Assembly: GCA_977020255.1 (NCBI GenBank)
Contig: CDROCS010006770.1
Span: forward strand, 1 to 64,000
From: Obrimoposthia wandeli
Taxonomy: Eukaryota
Direction of reading: 5' to 3'
DNA: 64,000 nt
The position numbers were made by a program, and so were the translations under genes. The notes beneath the pieces were generated by a model. It made no database searches. It had not been told where the DNA came from and was given only the letters and a program-made list of their open reading frames with translations. Shown here piece after piece: positions 54,358-63,704 of the stretch; within the stretch, counting starts at the first letter, position 1; every line of letters begins with the position of its first letter.

Positions 54358-55116
54358 ATGTGTTTTGAAAACAAAAAGATAGTCATTACAGGCACTGGGC
54401 GAGACTTTGGCCAGACACTTGCCATACTATTTGCAAAGATGGGCGCTGAATTATTTCTATCAGCTAGAACATTAGAACATGCAAACGTGACAGCAAATCT
54501 TGTAAGAAAAACGGTACCTGATGCCAAAGTATCGACCTTTCAAGTCAATACGTGCAAACCTGCTGAAATAGCTAAATTTGCCCAAGATGTAAGCATTAAA
54601 ACACCTGAGGTAGATGTTTTGATCAATAATGCAGCCTATTGGTTAGAGGGTGATATGACAGAAACAACAGATGAAGATATTGTGGAAGCGGTTAATTCAA
54701 CGGCGACAGGGAGTATGTTAGTCACAAAACATTTTTTACCTTTGCTTAAAAAATCCACTTGCCCAGATATTATATTCATCAATAGTACCGCTAGCCTAGA
54801 GAACAATACTCACGCCACCTGTAATGAAGCTTTCAGTGCTGCAAAAGCGGCGCAGTCTACGTTTTCAGACAGGCTTCGTCACAGGTTGAAAGGCAGTGGT
54901 ATTCGTTTTACCTGTATATATCCACCCAATTTTGACAACACTTCGCCTATTAAAGAACAAGACTGGAATGAACAACGCAAACATACTGATAGTCGTTTTT
55001 TAACTGCAAAGAATATTTTTGAGTGTATCAAATTTTCGTTGACGCAAGATCGTATATGCTCAATTGATAAAATTATACTAAGCAATAACAATTCCACAGC
55101 GAAACTGACAGGGTAG
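54358..55116 (+). CDS. Short-chain dehydrogenase/reductase (atypical SDR)
   Basis: ITGTGRDFG, DVLINNAA and FINS motifs. FSAAK replaces YxxxK. Confidence 0.85.
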   Translation: MCFENKKIVITGTGRDFGQTLAILFAKMGAELFLSARTLEHANVTANLVRKTVPDAKVSTFQVNTCKPAEIAKFAQDVSIKTPEVDVLINNAAYWLEGDMTETTDEDIVEAVNSTATGSMLVTKHFLPLLKKSTCPDIIFINSTASLENNTHATCNEAFSAAKAAQSTFSDRLRHRLKGSGIRFTCIYPPNFDNTSPIKEQDWNEQRKHTDSRFLTAKNIFECIKFSLTQDRICSIDKIILSNNNSTAKLTG

Positions 55117-55134
55117 AGCTTTGCTATAGATACA

Positions 55135-55160
55135 AAAAAGCCGCGAAAACGCGGCTTTTT
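55135..55160. terminator. Bidirectional intrinsic terminator
   Basis: aaaaagccgcg-aaaa-cgcggcttttt between the convergent SDR and folD genes. Confidence 0.88.
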
Positions 55161-55173
55161 AATAGACTAAAGA

Positions 55174-56037
55174 TTACTTTTCTAAACGTTGAAAAGCAGT
55201 CATAGTATTCATTAGCAACATCGCGATCGTCATTGGCCCAACACCGCCTGGTACCGGTGTAATCGATCCGGCTACTTCTTGCGCACTGGCAAAATCAACA
55301 TCACCTACCAGCTTGTTTTTACCATCGCGCTGGATACGGTTGATACCGACATCAATCACGCATGCACCTGGCTTGATCCAATCTGCATTGATCATTTCAG
55401 GACGCCCTACCGCTGCAATTAAAATATCTGCCTGACGACAAATACTTTCAATATCTTGGGTGCGTGAATGGACAACCGTGACGGTGCAACTCTCTTGTAG
55501 TAACAATGCAGCCATTGGCTTGCCAACAATGTTCGAGCGACCGACAACCACTGCGTGCTTACCCGATAAATTATCGCCCAATACGCTCTTTATTAAGTGA
55601 ACGCTACCATGTGGTGTACAAGGTAATAAGCTTTCTTCACCGATTGACAAACGGCCGACGTTAACAGGATGAAAACCGTCAACATCTTTATCAGGCGAGA
55701 TTGCATTGAGTATGGTTTTGTCATCAATTTGTGATGGCAGTGGTAATTGCACTAAAATACCGTGTACAGCGGGATCAGCATTGAGTTTTTCAACCAGTGC
55801 TAGCAGCTCGTCCTGCCCAGTTGTTTCCGCTAGTTTATGCTCAGTTGAAATAATACCGACTTCACGAGCTTGCTCACCTTTACGACGAACGTACACCTGG
55901 CTGGCTGGGTCTTCACCGACTAGAATAACGGTTAAGCCAGGCGTCTTACCTGTTTTTTGTATAAGTTCAGCAACTTCTACTGCCATTTCCTTTCTTAAAT
56001 TACTCGCGTAGGCGTTACCGTCAATTAAAGTACTCAT
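55174..56037 (-). CDS. folD: Bifunctional methylenetetrahydrofolate dehydrogenase/cyclohydrolase
   Basis: [30 protein letters not shown] and [10 protein letters not shown] motifs. Confidence 0.97.
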   Translation of the reverse strand: MSTLIDGNAYASNLRKEMAVEVAELIQKTGKTPGLTVILVGEDPASQVYVRRKGEQAREVGIISTEHKLAETTGQDELLALVEKLNADPAVHGILVQLPLPSQIDDKTILNAISPDKDVDGFHPVNVGRLSIGEESLLPCTPHGSVHLIKSVLGDNLSGKHAVVVGRSNIVGKPMAALLLQESCTVTVVHSRTQDIESICRQADILIAAVGRPEMINADWIKPGACVIDVGINRIQRDGKNKLVGDVDFASAQEVAGSITPVPGGVGPMTIAMLLMNTMTAFQRLEK

Positions 56038-56139
56038 GTGCTATAAAGCTCTCCGTAAGGTTTAAAACTCGCCGCTCTTTACCAATCTACTGTAAGCGAA
56101 AACAGCAGCTATATTAGCTTAAATCAATCTTTGCGGCAG

Positions 56140-57411
56140 CTATTTCTTTTTAATAAATAATTCAAAATATTCGTGTAAGTTTGTTTCCATTTCCTGCACT
56201 CTCGCGATAGATTCCAAATCAAAAACGAGTCCTTCACTCAGTAATAAAATACCATCCTTACTGATCAAATCCCGCGTTAATTGCATGCCAAGTTTAAGAC
56301 CTTTGCTATGCACTCGCGTATCGTGCATTCCCTTACCCGCTTTACTCAAGCGTGGTAATAAATGGCATAAATGTTTAACCATATCATCGCTATAACGCTC
56401 ACTGGCGTAATTGTCCAAATATGCCAATGCCTCTTCTGTACTGTAAGCTCTTTCAGAGTAGCGCCCACTGACAAGCTCAGTATAGTCGTTGACTACCGTG
56501 AGAAGTTGCGCCTGCTCACTGATCTCTTGTCCTTTTAAGCCATTAGGATAACCGCTGCCATCTAAGTACTCTTTATGCTGCGCGACAATTTTTGCCGCAC
56601 GATCCAATGGACGCACGATCATCATCGCTGCGTGGCTTAAAGTTGGATGAGCGTTAAACAATCGCTGCTCTGCTATTGATAACTTAATATAAGGGGTATT
56701 AATAATCTGATCGCTAAAGCTCATTTTACCGATATTGCGTAAATGCCATGCGTTGATCAAATCTTGGCTCTGCTGGTCATTTAAGCCGCATTTTTTTGCC
56801 ATTTCATGTAACAAAAAATTTAGTTGCTGATTGCGGCCACTCGCGCGCTGTCCCATCCTGGCAAAAACTTGATTACTGAGTAATCGAATCAACTGTTTAT
56901 TAGTTTCACGGGTCAAGTCTGATGACTTTTGCAGCTCGCCACTCATGTTACTCAGCGCTTGCTTACCATCTTGCACTTGCTGTTTGAGTCGCCTTTTTTT
57001 CAATAACTGAATAAATTTGTTATTGAGGTCATCAATAATACAAAATAGCCTAGGCTGCAAAATAGCATGAGCGACAGGGTATTCAACAATATCGCGAAAG
57101 CCATCCCGGAACTCTGCGGACAGATCAGCTGCCTGTTCAACACTACTACACAAATAGGGTATGCAATAAGGGGAGAGCTGCTTTAACCCCGCAACAAACT
57201 CAGCAACGCAGTGCTGTTGTGGTGCCTGCTCATCCACCGCAACTTGTGGTAATTGTATAAACAATAGATGTACTTTTGGCAAGCTCTCGACGGCTTCGGT
57301 TAAACTACAACTATGTACGTTTACCGGTAAAGGCTCGAGTAATTCGGTGAGCACTTCAAGGTCTGCATAGGAAAAACCAGCGAGTAGTAAATGGATTTCA
57401 AATTTGTTCAT
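56140..57411 (-). CDS. Degenerate REC-coiled coil-HD-GYP protein
   Basis: HLRNIGK replaces LHDIGK. HKEYLDGSGYP.GLKG is retained. The N-terminal receiver lacks its acidic residues. Confidence 0.8.
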   Translation of the reverse strand: MNKFEIHLLLAGFSYADLEVLTELLEPLPVNVHSCSLTEAVESLPKVHLLFIQLPQVAVDEQAPQQHCVAEFVAGLKQLSPYCIPYLCSSVEQAADLSAEFRDGFRDIVEYPVAHAILQPRLFCIIDDLNNKFIQLLKKRRLKQQVQDGKQALSNMSGELQKSSDLTRETNKQLIRLLSNQVFARMGQRASGRNQQLNFLLHEMAKKCGLNDQQSQDLINAWHLRNIGKMSFSDQIINTPYIKLSIAEQRLFNAHPTLSHAAMMIVRPLDRAAKIVAQHKEYLDGSGYPNGLKGQEISEQAQLLTVVNDYTELVSGRYSERAYSTEEALAYLDNYASERYSDDMVKHLCHLLPRLSKAGKGMHDTRVHSKGLKLGMQLTRDLISKDGILLLSEGLVFDLESIARVQEMETNLHEYFELFIKKK

Positions 57412-58442
57412 CTTCGCCTCAATATACAAATATATTTATAGATATATCAACAATTTAGCACGTCGACCATAGTTATAGCTCATTCTTAGTTAAAGTGCTA
57501 TATCGACAAGCACTACTCCATTGATCTAGGTAACTTTTTAATGAAATATCGATGCAAGAAACATCATTAGCCGTTTACATAAAAAGCCCGTGTTAAATCT
57601 GAGCAGCATCACACAAACTCACTGGTACTTTATATCTAATAATTGAGCTAAGTAACACACGAGTAAAACCAAAAACTTTCCCTGCGGATAAGAGCGCGCT
57701 CAAATCTGCGACAGAAAACTCTGTGGCGGCTAGATCATACACTGCTTCTAATGATGGATACCTTAACTTACCTTGAGTAACCTCACGATTCTAAGGACAT
57801 CAAAATATTCCTTCCTCACTAAACCGCCTTCAATGATATAGCTAACAGCCTAGTTCATCTTTAAAAAACGAAGTCAGACTTTTGTTTCTTCTCATCCATT
57901 TAGATAAGGAGTAAAGATACAACGCGTGCATAAAAGCTCACCCTGCGTATAACACTAAGGTAAAGTTTTATCAGCACGACGGCCTGCTTTTAATGCTACG
58001 TGGGATGAATACAACTGGTTTAGCTAGCAATGCCGTTTAACTGACAATCCAGATCCTTGCTGAAACTCAGAAGCGATATTGAACTTGAGTAATAAATATG
58101 ATCGATATACTCAGCTATTACAGTGATACTGACAGCCGTCAAAGTGATTCTCGTGGCATAAATTTAGCACTTAATTATGAACGCTGTTAATTCAACAAAA
58201 TCCCCCTCTCTGTCACCCTACAAAACGCCGTTATTGGTTATTTAAAACACACTCAATTGGGCCACTAAATTTAACATCTTCACTATTGGCGGGATCTGCG
58301 GCTTAGTCGAATACAGCAATAGAGTTTTTTGTTCTAAATGGAAAATTAAAATTGATTTTTTTATGGCAGAAATGTATCGAAAAAGCACTAATAATGGCGA
58401 ATTTAAATTTTATAGTTTTGTTAAAAAAACATTGTAAAAAAA

Positions 58443-58544
58443 TAAGTCATTGAAAAACAATGAATTTTAGCGTTTTACCGAAGTTATCCAAGTTTTCTGT
58501 GGATAGTTGGTAGTTTTGGGGAACTACCTGGAATTTTACTCACA
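58443..58544. promoter_or_regulatory. Cluster of DnaA-box-like sites with an IHF-like site
   Basis: IHF-like TTTCAATGACTTA on the minus strand (58443-58455). Boxes: TTATCCAAG (58484), CTATCCACA on the minus strand (58498-58506) and TTACTCACA (58536). Confidence 0.5.
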
Positions 58545-58596
58545 ACTGGACAAATAACCAGTAATAAATCCAAGCATTTCCCTCCCCTGTATGAAA

Positions 58597-61572
58597 CTAC
58601 AACCCTAAGCTAACCGTGGGTTTAGCGGATTTTTTCTCTAAATTGACCTTCGCTAAACAAAGAAATAAACGATCACTTTTAACCTTAAGTGCCTCTAAGT
58701 TTGCTTTGACTTTTTCCCCCCGCTCAGTAGCCAGTAATTGTAAAGTATTTATGATATTTTTTTGCAACTGCCCACCTTTTAATGGCGATGCTAACTGACT
58801 ATTTTGCTCTATCACTAGTGGGGCTAGTATTTTATTATCCTGCAGTACTGCAGTGGCACATATATTCAGCTTAAGCTTTTTTCTCTGCAGCATCATGTTG
58901 GCAATTTTTTGTAAGTAATCTGCCATTTTTGGCTCTATCAGCACTGAGTTAGGTTGAAACTCTACAGGGGCTAGGTTGATAAAGCTGCCTGTTTGCTGTG
59001 CATCTATCGCACTGGAGGCCAGTGTAATTAACGCTCCATAAGGCTGTAATGCTTTAGATAAAATACCAAATGCGGCTTGCTTAAGGCCTTTCTTGGCGAT
59101 TATTTCTAGCACACTCGTATAACCAAAATTAGGATCATCAAGGGATCCGGAGACGGGGACTTGTAACTCAATTTTTCCCTCGCCATCTTCAAGAATTGAA
59201 ATAGCCATATCCAAAGGCATATTGAGAGAGCTATTGGTCTTCGTTGTCGCGGCACTATCTGCTGAACTGACCGCAAGCTGTTGTATCGTTATTTTGCTCT
59301 CACCTTTTAATACATTGCTCTTTATCGTGCCGCTACTGTTAACAGCCAATTGGCCACTATCAAGATAGTAACCTGAGTACTTTCCCGCATAAGGGCTAAT
59401 GATCGGCATTGATAGATCTTTTAACGCCAGCGTCCAATCTCCTTTTTTTTGCTGGGCGAATAAACTGTATTGGCCTTTAACATCGATTGAACTTCGCCCA
59501 TTGAGTTTGGCTTTGAGCACAAAGGGTGAAGTTTGTGCACTAGCGGTGTCTAAATTCTTCAAACTTAACACTGCTAAATCGAGCTGGCTCTTAAACCAAG
59601 GGCTAACACTTTTATCCTCTATCTTGATAACGCTTTTACCATTCAAGACAAAGCTCTGTAATGCCACTTGCAGTGGTGGACTCTTCTTAGTATTACTCTC
59701 ACTTTTGATAGCAGGCCCCTGAAGTGCACTAAGCTTATCCAGCGCTGTAATTTGAGCTCGCTCATTAAGCTTAATATTTGCTTGCAAGGCGTTAATAGCC
59801 ACACTGCCTATGTTTAAGCGTTTTTGCTCCAACAAGGCAAGACTATTAACCTTGACGCCCGCAAGCTCTAATAGGGGAGCCTTTGCGCTGTCACCTTTTA
59901 AAGATAGTTGCTCTAGCTGTAGTGCTGAAAAGCCCAGTTTTTGATGATCATAAAAACCACCAGCTAAATCGACCTTAGCGAGTGATACTAATGAGCTGGA
60001 TGTATTACTTTTCTTTAATTGTAGATTTTTTACTGCTAATTTAATTTTTGATATATCAGGCTTTGAGAACAACATGCTTTCACTTGCAACACTTGCTTGC
60101 ACGTTATTTGCCTGCATTGTTATTTTTGCTAACTGCGCTTTTATCCCCTGCACACTCAATTTTATCTGACTTGTTAACCGTGGCTGCTTCGACAAGGATG
60201 AAAGTAGCACAGGTCCTGATACATTCAATTTATCGCTTGCCAATTTAAGGGTATTTGGTTGATCGACAATAAGCTTAGTGAGCGCGACCTTTACCGAGCT
60301 AGCGAGCTGCTCAATCCCCCTCTCATTAAAGGTAATTTCTAAGGGCTGCTGGGTCGTCAGAGCAAGTTGCTCTGTGCTCACCTTATTTTTATCCGCCTTA
60401 ATTTTTACTTGGCTAAGAGTTAGGGTTGGTTGCAGTTGGATTTTTTGTAACTGTTGCTCAAGTATTTCTATTTTGGTGATACCAGGTGCCAATTTAAGCG
60501 CCGCTATTGATACATCAGTATTGGCGGCGATTAGAGAAAGGTTCTGTGCTGAGATGTGCTGTGACACCTCAAAAGATTGTTGCTTGGTTTGAGATAAATC
60601 GGCCTTAATAGGACCCTGCCAAGTAAACTTGTCTAATGCTAGGGCCATACCTTCAACTTGTTTTAACGCCAATTTCTGCAGAACTAAATCGCCATGGGCG
60701 TCTATTTTTTGTAGGGTGTTTGCCTGTGCAATTAATTCGCCTTCTCCCTGCCAGTTTAACATTGCTAATTTGACGTTGTTTTGACTATCTTGCCAAGCTA
60801 AACGCTCTACAGCCACACTACCCTTATGCTTTAACTGCAACTGACCTTTAACGAACTCTATAGCCAAATCTATATCTAGGCTTACCGTTGCCTTTAGTTG
60901 TGGTAGCAACGGCTGCAAAACAGATTGAAGATCAAATTGATCAAGCGTTAACGTTAATTGTGTTTTCTTATCCTCTTGTAACGGGCTAGTTCGGGTATCT
61001 ATATGAATAGCAGAATCATTTATCGCGCCGATAAAGGTTATCTCACTTACTTGATTCTTTTGCCACTGTCGTAAATTACGTAATGAAGCTTGTTCAATGC
61101 TGATGTTTTGCTGATATGGGTCGATGTCGATAAGCCATTGCACGGCACTAATATCCAGCTTATCAATGCCAAACTGCCAATTACTCTGCGATGTTTGCGC
61201 GGGCGTGTTATCACTAGATTGGAATTGATTTATATTAATAGGCCCAATGAACGTACCAGCCGATGTCTGGGTAACCGCGGACTCTAAACCCTCTATTTTT
61301 AATGACTCTATTTGAATACGCTGTTCAATCAGGGATAAAACTTTGAGATCAATCTCCAAAGAGCCTAACTTAAAAGCGCTTCCCTGCGTTGATTGTGCCG
61401 TTATATTTGAGACTCCAAAGGCCCCCTTTAACCAATCTATACTCACTTCCTTGATCTTAGGTTCACTAACGCCCTGCTGTTTTAACCAGATAAGCGCTTG
61501 ATCTTTGATTAAGTAAGGTAAGTTGTGGATTAGAAGTAACAGTGATACAAGAAAGGCCGCTAGATACCGCAT
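58597..61572 (-). CDS. DUF748 / AsmA-like large periplasmic protein
   Basis: N-terminal anchor, long beta-rich repeats and a C-terminal SPYAGKYSGY...MPLDMAISILEDGEGKIELQVPVSGSLDDPNF block. Confidence 0.8.
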   Translation of the reverse strand: MRYLAAFLVSLLLLIHNLPYLIKDQALIWLKQQGVSEPKIKEVSIDWLKGAFGVSNITAQSTQGSAFKLGSLEIDLKVLSLIEQRIQIESLKIEGLESAVTQTSAGTFIGPININQFQSSDNTPAQTSQSNWQFGIDKLDISAVQWLIDIDPYQQNISIEQASLRNLRQWQKNQVSEITFIGAINDSAIHIDTRTSPLQEDKKTQLTLTLDQFDLQSVLQPLLPQLKATVSLDIDLAIEFVKGQLQLKHKGSVAVERLAWQDSQNNVKLAMLNWQGEGELIAQANTLQKIDAHGDLVLQKLALKQVEGMALALDKFTWQGPIKADLSQTKQQSFEVSQHISAQNLSLIAANTDVSIAALKLAPGITKIEILEQQLQKIQLQPTLTLSQVKIKADKNKVSTEQLALTTQQPLEITFNERGIEQLASSVKVALTKLIVDQPNTLKLASDKLNVSGPVLLSSLSKQPRLTSQIKLSVQGIKAQLAKITMQANNVQASVASESMLFSKPDISKIKLAVKNLQLKKSNTSSSLVSLAKVDLAGGFYDHQKLGFSALQLEQLSLKGDSAKAPLLELAGVKVNSLALLEQKRLNIGSVAINALQANIKLNERAQITALDKLSALQGPAIKSESNTKKSPPLQVALQSFVLNGKSVIKIEDKSVSPWFKSQLDLAVLSLKNLDTASAQTSPFVLKAKLNGRSSIDVKGQYSLFAQQKKGDWTLALKDLSMPIISPYAGKYSGYYLDSGQLAVNSSGTIKSNVLKGESKITIQQLAVSSADSAATTKTNSSLNMPLDMAISILEDGEGKIELQVPVSGSLDDPNFGYTSVLEIIAKKGLKQAAFGILSKALQPYGALITLASSAIDAQQTGSFINLAPVEFQPNSVLIEPKMADYLQKIANMMLQRKKLKLNICATAVLQDNKILAPLVIEQNSQLASPLKGGQLQKNIINTLQLLATERGEKVKANLEALKVKSDRLFLCLAKVNLEKKSAKPTVSLGL

Positions 61573-61825
61573 TGATTTAATTCCATAATAAAGGCTATTT
61601 TTGACAATGTAGCTTATATATCCCGCTGCGCCTAGCCTCTCTTACACCTCATCAACAATAACTTCTGCTAATAAGCGCCCTATGTCGAGGACAGATACTG
61701 AACAATTATTCCGTTATTTTTCTGTTTTTGTTAAAAACTATCACTCTCATTAAACAATTTTATTAGCTTTCAGGTCGACGACGTGGTGCAATACGCTTTT
61801 TTACAAGAACTGCTTTGGAGGAATG

Positions 61826-62059
61826 ATGGAGCGTATTACTATTTTTGGCCGTAAGGGCTGTGGGTTTTGTGTAAGAGCTAAAGAGCTATGTGAGCAACAG
61901 GGTCTAGAGCACCGTTACATCGACATCCATGAAGAAGGTATCTCTAAAGCGGATTTAGAAAAAACCGTGGGTGGCCCTGTAGAGACTGTTCCTCAAATCT
62001 TTATTGGTAAAGAGCACATTGGCGGCTATACCGAACTAGCGGCTAAGCTTTCCGCTTAA
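61826..62059 (+). CDS. grxA: GrxA-family glutaredoxin
   Basis: IFGRKGCGFCVRAK and VETVPQIF...HIGGY motifs. Confidence 0.92.
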   Translation: MERITIFGRKGCGFCVRAKELCEQQGLEHRYIDIHEEGISKADLEKTVGGPVETVPQIFIGKEHIGGYTELAAKLSA

Positions 62060-62207
62060 TTAAGAGCCAACACTGAGTTAGCTCTTCATATTGAATCCGT
62101 TGTTACTTGCGCAAGTATTGATCCCCGGCAAGTTAACTTACTGTCACCTGCAGTAAATATTCGACGCATAATATGAATGAGCACCTCGCGCTATTATCAT
62201 AATAGCC

Positions 62208-62237
62208 GCTGGCGATAGCGTTAAAACTATCGCCGGC
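62208..62237. terminator. GC-rich hairpin between convergent genes
   Basis: 8-bp perfect stem ggcgatag / ctatcgcc. Confidence 0.45.
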
Positions 62238-62447
62238 CTTCTCCGTAATTTTCAAGCGAGCATGAGTAATTTCACTGTTATTCATAGTATATCGCTTACT
62301 ATGCTCAGCGCTTTAGCCTGTATCCCTTACAAACTATAGTTGCTGTGCTGTATCTACCAATGGTTACCGAAAGCGCAACAAATCAGTCGTATTGAGCCAA
62401 GTATAGCCTAGTGAATTGGCTTCAAATAATGGCCGCTAGTTGGATAT

Positions 62448-62855
62448 TTAAGGCATTTGTAAACACGAAAAGGAGTCGGCATTTATTTCGCCACTACTGT
62501 TTTTAGTAAAGCTTAATATCGTTGAACCACATCCATCATTTTGCCATGGCGCACAGTTAGAGTAAGACATTTGGCAACGACCTTCAACACAGCCTTCGTT
62601 AATTTTATTTAGGCGATGATTCGAGTTAGCTTCGAGTATGTTCCCTAAAACATCTCCAACAAGATTACCGACATTAGCCTCACAATAGTAATTCTTTGGT
62701 TGAATCTTAACCTGCGCCAATTGAAGTACATGCCTGTAACCAATGCCACTAGATGTGTAGTTAGGTACACCCATATGCTCGTTTACCTTCAAAATTAAGA
62801 AGGTAGAAGTTGAACCTAGGAAGATACCAAAAAAAATCCAAAGTATTAATTTCAT
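62448..62855 (-). CDS. Hypothetical membrane-anchored, Cys-rich exported protein
   Basis: N-terminal hydrophobic segment and six Cys in a ~110-aa soluble domain. Confidence 0.65.
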   Translation of the reverse strand: MKLILWIFFGIFLGSTSTFLILKVNEHMGVPNYTSSGIGYRHVLQLAQVKIQPKNYYCEANVGNLVGDVLGNILEANSNHRLNKINEGCVEGRCQMSYSNCAPWQNDGCGSTILSFTKNSSGEINADSFSCLQMP

Positions 62856-62954
62856 AATCGCTCATATTTATAACGGAAAAATAGGGCTCTAATACCGCAG
62901 GTGACACTCGTGTTTATCACTGTGTTGAGCTTCTGGGAATAACTTGATTCACAC

Positions 62955-63371
62955 TTAATTACTCGTGTGATCAATAAATAGAGCTTCAATGCCTGGTTTA
63001 GTGATTGCAGCGCCTGGTGTATATAAATAACAAGTTACGCGAGCATAGTTATCTAGATCGCTACCCCATAAGCATGTTTCTTCAAAAGTTACACCATTCT
63101 CAGAAAACTGAATCCGCAGCACTTTAGAATCACCATTTAAGGTAGGTTGAAAGCTTGCTTGCCCTATTGTTACTCTCCCATTGATCACTCTTTTAACGCT
63201 CAACAGATCCCCTTCAGAATATATAGACACATGGCCACTGTAAGTAGCATCTGTATCAATACCTTGCCCTATTAGCCGATAGCTCCCAACTACAAATGCA
63301 GTAAAACTGTCATTTTCTGCACTTACCCAAAAAGGCATCATTGTCAAAATTAAAGCGATAAGTTTAATCAT
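62955..63371 (-). CDS. Hypothetical secreted beta-rich protein
   Basis: Signal peptide MIKLIALILTMMPFWVSA, alternating beta-strand pattern and two Cys. Confidence 0.7.
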   Translation of the reverse strand: MIKLIALILTMMPFWVSAENDSFTAFVVGSYRLIGQGIDTDATYSGHVSIYSEGDLLSVKRVINGRVTIGQASFQPTLNGDSKVLRIQFSENGVTFEETCLWGSDLDNYARVTCYLYTPGAAITKPGIEALFIDHTSN

Positions 63372-63460
63372 AAAAATCACCTGTAATACTCAATTATCGA
63401 ACGTTAAGCTAAAAAACAAATTTGGCTATAACTAAATAGCTCACTGTACTACTCCTGTCT

Positions 63461-63650
63461 GGGAAGTCCTCTCCTGGAACGTAAACACTCTTCGTAGAGG
63501 TGCAAGATAATTCGTGTTCTTTATTAATGCTTTTATCGGGTAACCCGGCCGCCTGTCATCGTACCCTTCGGGTAAAGCATTGTCGCTTTCACGAAAGACT
63601 CTGTGCACCACAGACGTTTTTTAAGCCATTTGAAAAACCCTAATACTACG
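63461..63650 (-). ncRNA. Candidate structured RNA or IS110-like non-coding end
   Basis: Nested helices ggtgca/tgcacc, ttcgtg/cacgaa and aatgcttt/aaagcatt enclose two short hairpins. The strand is tentative. Confidence 0.45.
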
Positions 63651-63704
63651 GATTACTGGAGCTAAATCATTTATTAATTGATGACGGCGTTTTACCTCTT
63701 TAGC

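Noticed and set aside
57761-57778. Second SoxR-like box (ccttaacttaccttgagt, 14/18 match)
   Set aside because: No properly spaced -35/-10 pair on either strand, and no gene immediately downstream.
57540-58200. Decayed gene in the long HD-GYP/DUF748 intergenic region
   Set aside because: Short protein-like fragments (for example RRPAFNATWDEYNWF) occur between many stops, but I could not assign a family without a search.
62856-62954. attC site between the two exported-protein genes
   Set aside because: There is a GTTATAA but no matching TTATAAC inverse core and no extended hairpin.
63490-63610. Lysine riboswitch (GTAGAGGTGC) or c-di-GMP-I riboswitch (GCCGGGTTACC)
   Set aside because: Only short signature fragments match. 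The remaining conserved cores are absent and the neighbouring genes do not fit.
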